Assembly (NCBI GenBank): GCA_905331295.1 | Contig: CAJNYD010000046.1 | Coordinates: 1-36,945 of the forward strand | Direction: 5' to 3' | Length of the DNA stretch: 36,945 bases | Source: Rotaria socialis | Lineage: Eukaryota | Shown: piece after piece, positions 10,763 to 23,494 of the stretch | How the letters are laid out: each line of letters starts with the position of its first letter | How positions within the stretch are numbered: position 1 is the first letter of the stretch | Program-made: the position numbers and the translations under genes | The notes under the pieces: generated by a model | The model's database searches: none | Told to the model about the DNA's origin: nothing | What the model saw: the letters and a program-made list of their open reading frames with translations, nothing else

Positions 10763-13700
10763 ATGGTTGGTGCAATGGGAACTCATCCTATGTCGACAAA
10801 TGTTGTTCCCCGTGAAAAATGGTCTTTAAAATCATTATTTTATTCCCAATTCGATTCACCAACAATAGAAAAAAAATACAATTTAAATTATTTAAGAAAA
10901 ACTTATCCACCAAGTCATCGGTTACTTGTCGTTATTTTAATCAGTCATGCATTAATTAATTCACTTGAAATATTCTTATTTAAGTCAATATCTGAAAAGA
11001 AAAACATAATTCATTTAAGCATATTAACGATTAGTATTTGTTTAAATATTTTATCATTAATTATAATAAATCGTCTAAAAAATCGTATCTTATCAAATAT
11101 AATATCTATCATATGTCTTTGTCCATTGACTATTTTAAGTTGTTTATATCCAGAAGAATGTCATATCTATTTGTTAATCATATTAATATATTCATTAGCA
11201 AATTTTTCTGTACTTTTATCAATTTTAATATCGATTTCAATAACAGTTATAATTACAGCGTTAACATTGAATTCAAAAATATGTTTAGTATTATTACTAA
11301 TAACAAATATATTTGGTATTTATTTAAATCGTCTTGTCGATATAACAATGCGTTCTGCCTACAACCAATTATGTAAAAGTAAGTTTATTTTTGTATAAGA
11401 AGAAAAAGAAAGTCAACTAAAATAAAAATATTGTAAATAGATGCGAATGTCCGCGGTACATTATTAAGCGAACATACATTAATATCAAAAATGATTGATT
11501 CATTAATGCCACGTAAATATGCGAGGGTCATTATGGAGGATTTTGACGTATTTCGTGAACGTGTACAAAATGTTAATATATCTCGTCAAGGTGAAGATGA
11601 ATTGCAAATGGCTACTTTTCGTCCATTACATATTGAAAGAATGGAAAATGTTTCGATTTTATTTGCTGATATTGTTGGTTTTACTCTCATGTCATCAAAT
11701 AAAAGTGCATCACAATTAGTTTCATTATTATCGGATTTATATGGAAGATTCGATGATTTATGTGTTCAAATGTCATGTGAAAAAATAGCTACGTTAGGTG
11801 ATTGCTATTATTGTGTCAGCGGTTGTCCTGAACCACAAGAAGATCATGCAAAAGCTTGCGTATTAATGGGTTTAGCTATGATTAATGCTATTGAAGAATT
11901 TGATCAAGATAATAATGAAGAAGTTGATATGAGAGTTGGTGTTCACTCGGGTTCAGTTAATTGTGGAATTGTTGGAACAAAAAAATTCAAATTTGATATA
12001 TTTTCAAATGATGTTACTTTAGCGAATAAAATGGAATCAACTGGAAAGCCAAGTAAATATTATAAATCAGTATTTTCTTTTCTATATTATTATTTTTATT
12101 ATTTATGGTTCTTTATTTTATCATTTTTTAAATTTAATTCATCTATTATTTTTGAAGGTTTCTCTTCTACTCTTCTATGAACTAAATATAGTAGAATATG
12201 CTCTCTTTGCTCATTCAGCTAAAATACTTTTTTGTTTATTTTTATTTTTTGTAATTGATGAATTTCATTTACTCTAGTTTTGCGTTTCACTTTTCTTTTC
12301 AAATTAAGGTTATGTTCACATTACCGAAGCGACTCATTTACTATTGAAACAAGATGAGTTTCAATTTGAAGAAGGTCCACCATATACATCATCAAACAAA
12401 GGTTTTTGTTTGTTCTTTGGAATAAATATTTTTGTTTTTTGATTAAAATAATTTCATTTTATTTAGTTTTAATTAAAACATATTTTGTGGCAAAAAGACA
12501 TCTATCTCATCGGATAACACGAAAACCACCGCATATGACATTAGCAACTGCTGCAGCTGTTGCCGTTGCTTCAGGAGTTTCAGTTGGTGTTTCTTTGAAC
12601 GAAACAAATGATATTCCGAATCAATCCGAAACAACAGTAAGTTAATTTTAATGAGAAAAATAAAAGGAATATAATTTAATTTAATTTCTTAACTAAGCCT
12701 GTAACAAGTCCACTATTAGAAGAGGTTGCACAAGCTCGACGAGCAACAATATGTGAAGAAGAATTTCCACAAGATCTAGAAAATCTTGTCAATGTTGAAA
12801 ACGTCAATGAAACAACATTTGAAAATGAAGAAAAAGAATTGGTTATGGCGTTTAATATTTTAACATTAAAATATAAAGATGATAAATTAGAAAAAGGTTT
12901 TTCAGCTCATGTTGGTTCGCATTCATTATTAATTTTGGAAGTTATTTTATCGATTCTATCACTTTTATTTATTTACATTTATTTCCCAAAAAAGAATTTC
13001 GTATCAATAATCATGGGAATAATAATTGGTATAAAATTAATTTTAACATTGATTTTGATTCGTTTTCATCGTATTTTGCTTCATTGGTGGATTTTAAGAC
13101 ATTTCATAGCTTCTTTTTATCTTCTATCTCCTTTAATTATTATTTTAATTCAAATTTCTAAATATGATGATACAACTTCACCAGCTTTTATCGTTTTTAT
13201 TTCAACATATCTTATCTTAGGTGCATCTGTATCTCATTTGATTAAAATTCTTATTGCCATATTATCTATTTCAATTTATCTTCCATTGTTTATTTATAAA
13301 CAAGAAATGCCAAGTTTGTTTAAACTGACCATTAAAAAAAACGACTTTTTTTTCTTTCTTTTCCTTTTAGAATCATCAATATTGGATATAAGTATATGCA
13401 TATTTATATCATTGATTGTCTTATATGGAATAACTCGTCAAGTAGAAGTAGCTCGTCGTTCTCAATATCATGTTGGTCACAAGTCTTCTGAACAACAACA
13501 TGAAATAGAAAAAGAGCGTGCACGTGCTGATTGGCTTTTAAGAAATATTTTACCAGAACATGTTATTGAGCCTTTACGTCTTCGTGGTGGTTCATATTCT
13601 CGTAATCATCCATGTGTTGGTGTTCTTTTTGCTTCATTGATTAATTTTCATGTTATGTATGAAGAACAATATGAAGGTGGAAAGTTTTATGCAAGAATTT

Positions 13701-14236
13701 TAAATGAATTCTATGGAGATATTGAAGAATTATTTTTGAATCCAAGATTTTCAAAAATTGAAAAAATAAAAACTATTGGAGCAACATTTATGGCTGCATC
13801 TGGTTTACAAGCAGATTCGAATGATCAGAATTCATTAGGTGAATTTTTGTTTTGTTTTATTCAATGTAAAAGATATTTTAATACAATCAATACTTTAGAA
13901 TCTGTTTGTGATCTTGTTGATTTTGCTTTGGCATTTCAATCGACTATGCATCGATTTAATGAAGCACTCTTAAATTTTGCATTTGAAATTCGAATGGGTC
14001 TTAATTTTGGACCAGTCACAGCGGGTGTTATCGGTACAACAAATTTATCTTACGATATTTGGGGTGATACAGTTAATGTTGCTTCAAGAATGGACTCAAC
14101 TGGTGAACAAGGACGCATTCAAGTTCCTGAACATGTAGCATTGGCTTTGGAAGATAAATATAAATTTGACTTAAGAGGAAAAATCAATGTTAAAGGAAAA
14201 AATTTTATGACAACATATTTTCTTAAAGCAATTTAA
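10763..14236 (+). CDS. ADCY9: Transmembrane adenylate cyclase, type 9-like, ~7 exons
   Basis: TM block, then C1 (ENVSILFADIVGFTLMSSNKSA, TLGDCYYCVSGCPEP), second TM block, then C2 (GVLFAS..YEEQYEGGK, KIKTIG, YDIWGDTVNVASRMDSTG). Introns 11379-11440, 12053-12308, 12402-12466, 12638-12697, 13314-13370 and 13839-13898. Confidence 0.92.
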
Positions 14237-15776
14237 ACATTGAACAGTGATTTATGTATCTGTAGAATAGATTTTTTTCTGCTTTTTTTGTCATATTAAA
14301 ACAAGAGACAATTATATTGAATTATTTCATCGATAAGTTTTATTTAAAAAGCAAAACCTCTGTGACTGTTTTCTCATGATTTATTTTTAGCAAGAATAAG
14401 TGCTTGAATAATGGTATGTATTTATTTTAAAGAAAAGACTGACATCTATTCATTATTCGGAGACAAACGACGAGAAAGAAACTCAAAAAAAGAATTCTAT
14501 AGAAGAAAACGAGTTTTTTTTTCTGGTTGTCGGATGTTGATCCTCGCAGAACAGAAAAACATTTGCCGTCAATCAGCATCCGTTCTTGTTCTACTGAAGG
14601 AAAGAGAGATGTGTGTTTCCGCCTTTGACAATCTCATCAAATATTCTAAGATCAATCAAGCATTAGTCTTCATGGCAAACCAATATAAGTTTTTCCTATT
14701 GTTCTTGTTTTTAAGGAATAAAAATAAAATGAAAGAGCTTAATTATTCTCAAGAGGATTACTTGCGTCGCTATCACCAATATTTGTTTTGACAGATTTTA
14801 ATATTTCATTAAAATTGAATCCAATATTAGTTATTTTTATTCTTATACGATTGAATTAGTCGAGCTTTGATTCGAATAAGATATTTCTATAGTGTAAAAA
14901 GAGATTGATTCAATTGGCAGTGAACCATGTTTTTCAATATTTCGGTTAGAAAAAATTGTCGATCTAGATTCAAATCAAATAAAAATATTTTCAAAGACAC
15001 CGATGAAACAATTATTACTTAGAAAAATATGAGACGACAAGAGATCTGAACTAAACGACGATAATTATCTTGTTTCTATGGATATTAAGTATAATATCTA
15101 AGGTATTCAATTAAAGAACTTGGTTGGTTCTATAGTAGTAGATGTTGATGTATTCAAAACTTTCATGCAAACAAAGACAAGAGATGTTCAATCTAAATAT
15201 CATTAATTGTACTTTGAAGTTAAGGGTACCTTTGCGCAAGAATTCAATATTCAGTTTCAGAAGGTTATCTAATTAATATTTATTTCGTAGAACTTTTTCG
15301 ATGGTTCTTGAATTATCAAATAATTCAGTCGATAGTTAATTCTTCAGCCAATTGCATCTTATTGAAATAGAAAATGTTATATTTTATATTAAATTTCAAA
15401 AATAGAATAACTAAATAAAGCTATAAGTTATAGCTAGTAACAGAAATCACAAATTCATGAACTTTAGCGGGAGTCTATCGAAGTTGTATTGCAATTTATC
15501 AATAAAATTTTCTAGACTAATTTTAAAGAAAATATGCTAATGGATCTTGTTTTAACGTAAATTGTTTTTTCATTTCGATATAATTATCTCAATTGATTTT
15601 CAATTTTTACATCGATAGAAACAACATGAAAAGACAATTGTTGCATATCAGTATATTTAGAAAGTGTTTCTAGTCATAGCAATAAAAAACTCAATGTAAT
15701 ACAACTGTTCATTCTGTGATATTGAACTGTCCATTTTCGAATAAAAACTATTCATTGAATTGGTCTTTTGTATCGA

Positions 15777-18030
15777 TTAGCACAATTTACCGTAGCAATC
15801 TTCTCCAGTGCATGGTTCTACTGGAAAGGTATTCGGTAGTGTCAGAGTTTCTGTAGTTAAATCCAATGTTGTACTTTCACGTCCAGGAAATGTTACTTGA
15901 ATGAACATACCATCCCAATAACCATTCGGTGGCAAAGGTGCAGTGTATGAATAGGTAATCGATGTACTGGTTTGTGTCTAGAAAAGAAAAAAAGATGAAT
16001 ATATCAATAACAATATTCATTGTTTTCACTTCAACTTGGACAGGCATATTTAGCCAAACCACAGGGTTCGAAATTATTTTGCCTGTATCAGGATCTAGTT
16101 TTGCTTGTCGAAAATCCCGTCTAAAAAATATAGTTTCGGTGATAAAATTTTTGTCTTTTTTACATGTAGCTACTTAGTGCCAGTGACTGTTCGAGCCTGA
16201 TAAGCTGTGACATTTATGGGTTTTGGTTGTCCAGAACTAAAATCGACGACTGCAAGAATTTGCCCATGGGTTTCATTAATGGTTCGTGTCCATTTAAATG
16301 ATGGTAAAATTTGTTTCTAGTTTTCGTCATAGTCAAAAATAATTAAGATTCCAAGCGATTCTAACTTACATCAGCAATGCTCAGATAGAAACTTTGAAGA
16401 CTTTCTTGATATCCCTGTATATTATGTCCTGTGTTTGGAATTCGTCTATCAACATGAACTTTGTTAAATTGAAGTATTTTGGTTTCGCTAAAATCTTCTT
16501 ACCTGAGATATGAACCACCAGTTTTCACTTGTAAATCATCCCAAAAATAATCCTAAGAAAATATAAATTTATCTTCAATTCAAAATCAACAACAATACCT
16601 CGCTATCCGGTAGAAAGAACTCATCGTTGGCTCCTTGCAATTGAAACAATTTCACTTGAGCATATCGATCAAAGTAAGCTTTTAAAAATGAGCAAATAGA
16701 AACAGTTCATATATTGAAAGAGATTTTACAATATGGATCGACAATGGTAGCCAGTTTTTGTAAATTGGGATTATTAAGATATCGAGTGATATTCAATTCG
16801 TGATAATCTTTAAAAGCAAATGTCCATCCGGCTAATGACTTTAATCACGATATTCAAATATTTGCTAAAATAAATGATAGCGTTTTCTATTCATACTCGA
16901 TAATGATGCATCATGTTCTATGAAAAAATATTATTTATTTAAGAAAATATTAACATTATTCTTCTTATTCACCTTCTGAAGATTCAAAATATCCAGAACA
17001 ATAGGAACCGCTGCTAGTACACGTTGATTATTCACAGCAGCCGTTGTCCATGCTATTATTATGAATTTCATTAGTATTGAATCTAATTCCTTACAAACTT
17101 ACTTACTTGTCCATCCACGCTAAATAAGAAAATGTGAAAATTTAAAGAATTCAATAATTTTGATATCAAGTTTTACTTTGGAAAGACCCGCCACAACAAA
17201 ATTTTGAGGCACTGGAAATCCTTCTTGCTTTAACAATTGTTCTGTTGTATCCATGGCACGTACTGCAGCCTATAATTTGTAGAGCATTTATTATTGAATA
17301 AAACAGCTTTGTAAAATAAATTCAATTAATATACCTTGGTCATCGGCATACGAAGAAGAATGTATGGATTTGTACCATTTTGTTCAATAAATATCTTCCA
17401 AGTCCATGCTATTATAGCATCTTCTGTACGAGACTGTTGAGTTGGATCAGCCTAAAATGACTGAAATCTATTGAAAATTAGACCATTTTTAATAGAATAC
17501 TTTACCATAAATCGCATCGGTTGATTTGGAACTTGTTTTAGTTCTACAGCAACACTTCCTGTACTTAACGCAAGCGCTGTAACAACACTGCTGGTAGGTA
17601 TTCTAATTAAAATATTCACAAACGCCAATAAAATGTATGTCTCTGAATAATTAATTGATAAAACTTACGGATCCGTATTGTCACCTCCATCGATAAACAG
17701 AAAAGCTATCTGTGAACGTCGAAGTACACGCGGTACTGTAATAATCATATGGTGCCACCATATGGGTTGCGATGAGAACGAAGCTACAAAATCAGAGTCC
17801 ATTTAGGTTTTCAAAAATAAAATATAGTTTATGGCAACTCTACCATCGAACCATTTTTGAGACGTCATGTTGAGTATATAGAGTTTGTACGTAGGAAATG
17901 CATATGTTTTCAAACGTTGCCAGGCAAAATGTGTATCGGGTGTATTGACATAGTCGTCAAGTGGAGTAGCCTCGGTCGAGTACAATATTATGGCCAAGAC
18001 GAAACATAATGAGCATACGATTCGATACAT
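15777..18030 (-). CDS. Secreted PqaA/AprA-like (PhoPQ-activated pathogenicity-related) alpha/beta hydrolase, ~15 exons
   Basis: Signal peptide then TPLDDYV, LNMTSQKW, WWHHM, FVVAGLSK|RGWTTW (nucleophile), GANDEFFLPD (Asp), RIPNTGH (His) and C-terminal PNTFPVEPCTGEDCYGKLC*. GT-AG introns keep frame where traced. Confidence 0.88.
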
Positions 18031-19124
18031 TATTAAGAATGATGACAAAACTAAGAATTCATTGTGGTTTATATATCGAATAGAGGTGAACTGAACTGTT
18101 TCGTGTAGAATATCTAGAAAACAAATTTCATTTGTTGTCCCACATTAATTTCAAGTGTTGAATAACATATTTTGCCCTAAACACAACTAAAGTAATCGTA
18201 AATATTTTTTTAAAGATAAGTTATCTTTGCTATGAAACTTTATATTGAAATAGTACTTCAACTGTAACTCAATCATATCAGCAAAGTATGATATATGATC
18301 ACATGAAAACTCTAGGGTTGTTACAATATATAGAATATCGATTATTAACCTGGCAACCAAATATTTGTTGTTTTAAAAAGAAAATTTATACAGATTTCTA
18401 AATCAACATCATGATTTAGCTCTCATAATGATGATACTATCGATTGCTTTTTTTTCTATTCCAAATGCAAATGCAAATCTTGCAACAAAAGCTAATTGCT
18501 TTTGTCAATTGACTTCAATTATCAATCTTTTTCTTTTGTCTCCTTTCTGGTTTACCATTAAAAATGATTCGTTTCTTATGAGACGAGTGTAAAAGTAACT
18601 ATTATTTAGTTTCTCTAAGAGAGAACCATGTAATAGTCTATCTGATGATCTATGAGCAAGGCTATTTCATTCATACAATCAATATTGCAGTAATTTATTA
18701 CTTTGTTCATTCTATCAAATACACACGATAAATCTTCTTGCCACCTCAGTAAAGAAAATTAATGAATGATAATTACATCTATGTTAAAGATAGCGACATC
18801 TATCAATCAAATTTGTGGTTGTTCTATGTAGTAATCAATTGGTACACTATTCTTTTGTTTTTTTATCTGTCATGGCCAACTTGGAACATTTTTGGTGTTG
18901 GGTTCTGTTTTCTTGCATTTGTTGTCTTTTTCCTTCAGTGCTATAAAAACTGCTTATTTGTTTTGGATGTATAGATAAGGTCTTATGAAAATACCTGATC
19001 AGGTTGGTATAATTAATTACTACAGTAATTATTTTTGTTTTCTTCCTATGAATCATCACTAAAAATTTCAATGACATTCTATCGATCGATTTATTCGCTA
19101 GAGGTCAAGATATCCAATATTAAG

Positions 19125-19250
19125 GTTCCGTGAGTCGTTCCATGACCCCGAATCATTAAGGATTTCGTCGATTTCATAAACCCTATACAATCCGATCGGA
19201 TTCCAATCAGTTTCCGATAGGATCCTATGGTCGGAATGATTCTTCTGGGT
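19125..19250. repeat. Fragment of the GGATCCTATCGGA dispersed repeat family
   Basis: TCCGATCGGATTCC...TCCGATAGGATCCTAT motifs shared with 5815-6005 and 30375-30650. Confidence 0.45.
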
Positions 19251-19605
19251 TGTTGCCGAAACAATTAGAATAGTGGCAGACAGGGAAACAATTCTCCGTT
19301 ATATTTTAAATTTTGAACTATCTTGAAGCTTATACTCTCCGCGCTCGAAGCCCACCAATATCATCGATGATTTGGTACTTTCTATCTTATTTTGTCTTCT
19401 ACTAGAAGATTGCCGATTAATAAACCCGTGAACTGAACATAGTAGCTGCAGATATTTTTTTTGCTGATTTGTGTTTTATCTTTCATCTGTACTAGAAATA
19501 GTTGTGTGTTGCATTCTCGAAGTAATTATTTCATCAAACAACTGAATGCAACCATTTCTCTCATTAAAAGATAGCCTGTTTTAAATATTAACCATAAGAT
19601 GAAAC

Positions 19606-20160
19606 GGTGTGCTGGAAAAATGTCGAAAACAGAAAAAGTGAAGAAAAAACATCGAAGGGAAAAATGTCGAAAGTGAAAAATAAAAAAACAATGATGCCTC
19701 GAGTATATGGCGATTGTAACCACATATACTTCGTTGCTTTTTCTTATAATTTTACTAGTGTAGAATTTTAGTGAGAATTGATAGGGATGACTAACTATTG
19801 ATACAAGTAAAATAAAGGAGTTGAATAAAGTAACAACAACTAATAATTATTGGATATGCACTATCAATTATTGTGCAGCTAAAGTGCATACTGATTCAAA
19901 TAATCGATTGATGAAAACTGTTTGCAATCATAGTCATCTTCCAGGAAAACAAAAACGTAAGGCTCGCGAAGCTCGTGAAAAAATGACATATTTTTACAAT
20001 ATTTTCTCACCCTCAACATTTCAGCTTAATTTCATACAGAAAACATACTATATTATTTACAATTTTCTAAAATATTAACTGACAGTGTTTCATGTCAATA
20101 TAATTTTTTCGATATTTTTTTCTTTCGACATTTTTCCTTTCTACATTATGACGGCCAACC
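19606..20160 (+). mobile_element. Degenerate MULE-like non-autonomous element carrying a FLYWCH zinc-finger fragment
   Basis: AAAAATGTCGAAA repeats at the left are inverted as TTTCGACATTTTT at the right. Internal frame 19821-19945 reads YWIC-x4-C-x-A-KVHT...NHSH (FLYWCH pattern) with a decayed 5' end. Confidence 0.6.
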
Positions 20161-22270
20161 AAGGAAAGTACAATGAAAGGCGACTAACCGATATTATAAT
20201 AGATTACAAAGTTTTTTTGTGTAAGAACTGATATCGTTGTGGAGTTTCTCTTTTTTATGCGTGCACATTTTCCAATGTTCTTTTTTGAAGAACAGCACAT
20301 CGAAATTTCGAATAATTTTCCAGTAGTCATAATAAACTCACAATCATGAGAACTGTGCTACATTTATCAGCTTATTCTTAACAAAGATATGGATTAAACT
20401 TTTAAACATATGTATGGTTTATAACCCATAAACAGTTGTTGAAACACTTACTAATTAATAACTCTTTCTGATGACGTTAGGTTTACCATCCCTAATCTTG
20501 AAAATGAAAACGTAAATGACAAATTCTACGGTTTTTTAGATAAGATTTTTTAATTGTGGCATTGAAAGATTTGAAACAAGATGGTAGTAGATCTATTTCA
20601 ATAGTTCCATTAGCATTCGAACGCGTATTTTCTCATACTGCATTCTCAATATCAATGTCATGAATCATTGATGATAACATATGTATATGTCGTAGGCTAA
20701 TCTCGGATGCAGGCCAATCTTGGATTGGCCTAGGCCATTCTAAGATCCGAGTTTGGACTAGTTCAATCTTGGATTGGTGCAATTTTATTCATTAATATAT
20801 CAATAACTTTTTAGCTAAACTTCGGATTTGAGTCATTTTTTGAAATCATGTTCATACGATGCCGATTTGCTTTGTACAATAGGTTTTGGAAAGATTCAAG
20901 TAAAATATTAGGAGCTGTGAATAGATTTCTCTACTGGAACAAGTTTTATGAAAAATTGTTAATAAGCTTTCGAGTCTAAAGTACACTGTAAAAAAAATAA
21001 GTGTTTTACCGAACTTTGAAGGTTTGGTACTATTTTACGAAACGATTTTAAGTTCCGTGGCATGAAAATAGTTTCGGAACTTTCGTACAGAACCTTTATA
21101 AGTTCCGAAAGTTGTAAAGGGTTTTGAGGTTTCACTACGAAACCATCTAGAAGTTTCGTTAAGTGTGAACCGAACTTTTGCTAGTTTCGTATTCGTCATA
21201 CAAAACCATTGGGAGTTCTGAACAGCATTTAAAAGTTCCGCATAAGTTCTTCGAAACCATTCAGTATTGCGAAAGTACACTAAAGGTTCTGGACACATTC
21301 TACGAAACTATTTCCGGTTCCGTCAAAGAAATACTGAACCTTTGTGTCACTTATGAAACAGTGAATAGTTTCGTACGATCTATGCTGAACTTTTTTATGT
21401 TTTACGAAACTAATGAGAGTTTCGTTTAACAAGGAAAGGTTCCGTGTATCTTATGCGAATCTATGGAAAGTTTCGCGAAGCATTCAAAGGTTCAGCATGC
21501 GTTACACGAAACCATTTACACTTTCGTAAATGATATAATAGTTCAGTATATCTTTTGCAAAACCATGGCTAGTTTCGTGGAATATTTCCGGAACGATTAG
21601 AGCTTTTAAACAACTGAGAATGGTTTCGTAGAGTCTCTCCGGAACTTTTAGATACTATATGAAACTGGTAAAAGTTTCGTAGTATGTCTGCTGAACCTTC
21701 AGACAACTGGACGAAACCGTTAATGGTTCTGCAAAAGATATCCAAAACCAATTGATGCCTTTCGAAGTAAGTAATAGTTTCGTAAAGTGAATGCGAAACT
21801 TTTTCAACCATTATAGAGGCATGCATGGTTTCGTAACAGATATACGGAACCATCAATCGTGTTATATAATTCACATAAATCATATATCTGGCTTTGGAAA
21901 CTATCTGTACTTTTGAAGTATGTATACCAAACCTCAAAATAAGCAGTGAAACTCCTGCTGCTTTCGTACACTGTGTACGACACCATGAAATAGTTCGTGA
22001 AACCATCAATACATCCGTACAAAGTATAGGGAACCATTCATGGCTCTAGCCAAGATACTGACCATTTAACGTTTCATTCGCTCATTAATAAACCATCCAG
22101 GGTTCAGGCTAGTTTATAGAACCATCTAAGATCCCCAACAGTTGCGGATGTTTGCAAAGGATCCATCCTCCATCAATTTTTTAATTGCTGAACCATTTTT
22201 CCAAACATGGTCTGACTTGAAGCCAGATTCTATATTTTCGCAACGTGATTTAAGTCATATAAATCACAAA

Positions 22271-22740
22271 TAGGCTATCGATGACGAGGATTCCAAATCT
22301 GTTAACATTTTTTCGATCTGAGCTCCCAATCGTCAGAAATTAGGTTCATTGAAAATTCGAAGGATCAAAAGCTAGACTTTTATTTCAACTCCGATCAGAA
22401 TTCTGATTGAAGTTTGAAATAGGTTATCGATGTCAAAGAATCCGAATCCGTCATCATTTTTTCGATCTGGTCTCCCATTAGTCAGAAATTAGGTCCATTA
22501 AAAAATTAAGCACTGCAAAATTAGACATTTCATTTCAAAAATAGGTTATCGATGTCGAGGAATCCGAATCCGTCATCACTTTTTCAATCCGACCTCCCAT
22601 TGGTCAGAAATTAGGTCCATCGAAAATTCGACCGGTCCAAAGCTAGACGTTTTCTTTCAACTCGGATCTGAATTCTAATCGAAGTTTGATGTAGGTTATC
22701 GAGGTCGAGGAATCAGGATTCTTCATCTTTTTTTCGATTA
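22271..22740 (+). repeat. Diverged ~150-bp tandem repeat (3 units plus a partial) inside the CACTG element
   Basis: TAGG(C/T)TATCGA(T/G)G starts at 22271, 22420, 22542 and 22692 (periods 149, 122, 150). Confidence 0.85.
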
Positions 22741-23494
22741 CATGGATGCGATAGCTGAATGGTAGAGCCGGTTAGTGGTATCTCCAAAATCGATTGATTA
22801 ATTAGGGGTATCTTTTCAAGTGTGATTGCTCTTTTATCTTCTGCGGTAGGTCACATGTATGAATAGGCAGGTAATGTCTCTCTGGTCAATTGAATTGCAA
22901 ATTTAATATGATAAAATGAATTGGTGTTTTTTTAAATATTTTAGGCATGTGGGAATAATTCATTTGATGGTAAGTTGAATCTCACAATATAAGTTGCTGT
23001 TCTTTTTTTTGTTTAGGATTGTCGCAAAAACAACTAACTGGGATGCCACTTTCGTGCGAATAGTGGAGAAAATGCTAGCTCGTATTCTACTCACAACAAA
23101 TCTAGGTAAATATAACACATAGTGATAAGATTTAGCAACTATTCTATTCGTTTTATGCTTAATTTTAGCCGGACACGGATGAATATTCAATGGAAGCTTA
23201 AATGTAAGTTTTGTTCTTTAAATATATTCTTATTTCCGTTCTAGATCGATTCCTTTTTTCGATTTAGAAGTTAATCTATTTTGTTTAATAAATGATTGTT
23301 TTTCTGTTTTAGACTTGGTTGAGATGCTACTTTTTATGTTAGTTTATCGGTCAAAATAACTGGCTATTTGTTTGCTGTGGACGAGTTCGCAATCTTGATA
23401 TGGAAGTAAGCTTATAGTTTTTGTCGTTTCTTTTTTTTTGAGGAAAAGTTACTCACGAGTTTGAAGTAAACAATATTTTTTCTTTCGGTCTAAA

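Noticed and set aside
14411..14791. 126-aa ORF downstream of the adenylate cyclase
   Set aside because: Low-complexity AT-rich translation with no domain or splice support.
20468..20512. Second possible hammerhead (CTGATGA..TTAGG/CCTAA..GAAA)
   Set aside because: Stem II is not contiguous with the cores, and there is no convincing stem III, cleavage triplet or stem I.
21035..22037. ORFs in the CACTG left arm as a possible transposase
   Set aside because: Short, with no DDE or TnpD motifs; they are by-products of TACGAAAC subterminal repeats.
22271..22740. CRISPR-like array
   Set aside because: Whole units are homologous (no unique spacers), the context is eukaryotic, and there are no cas genes.
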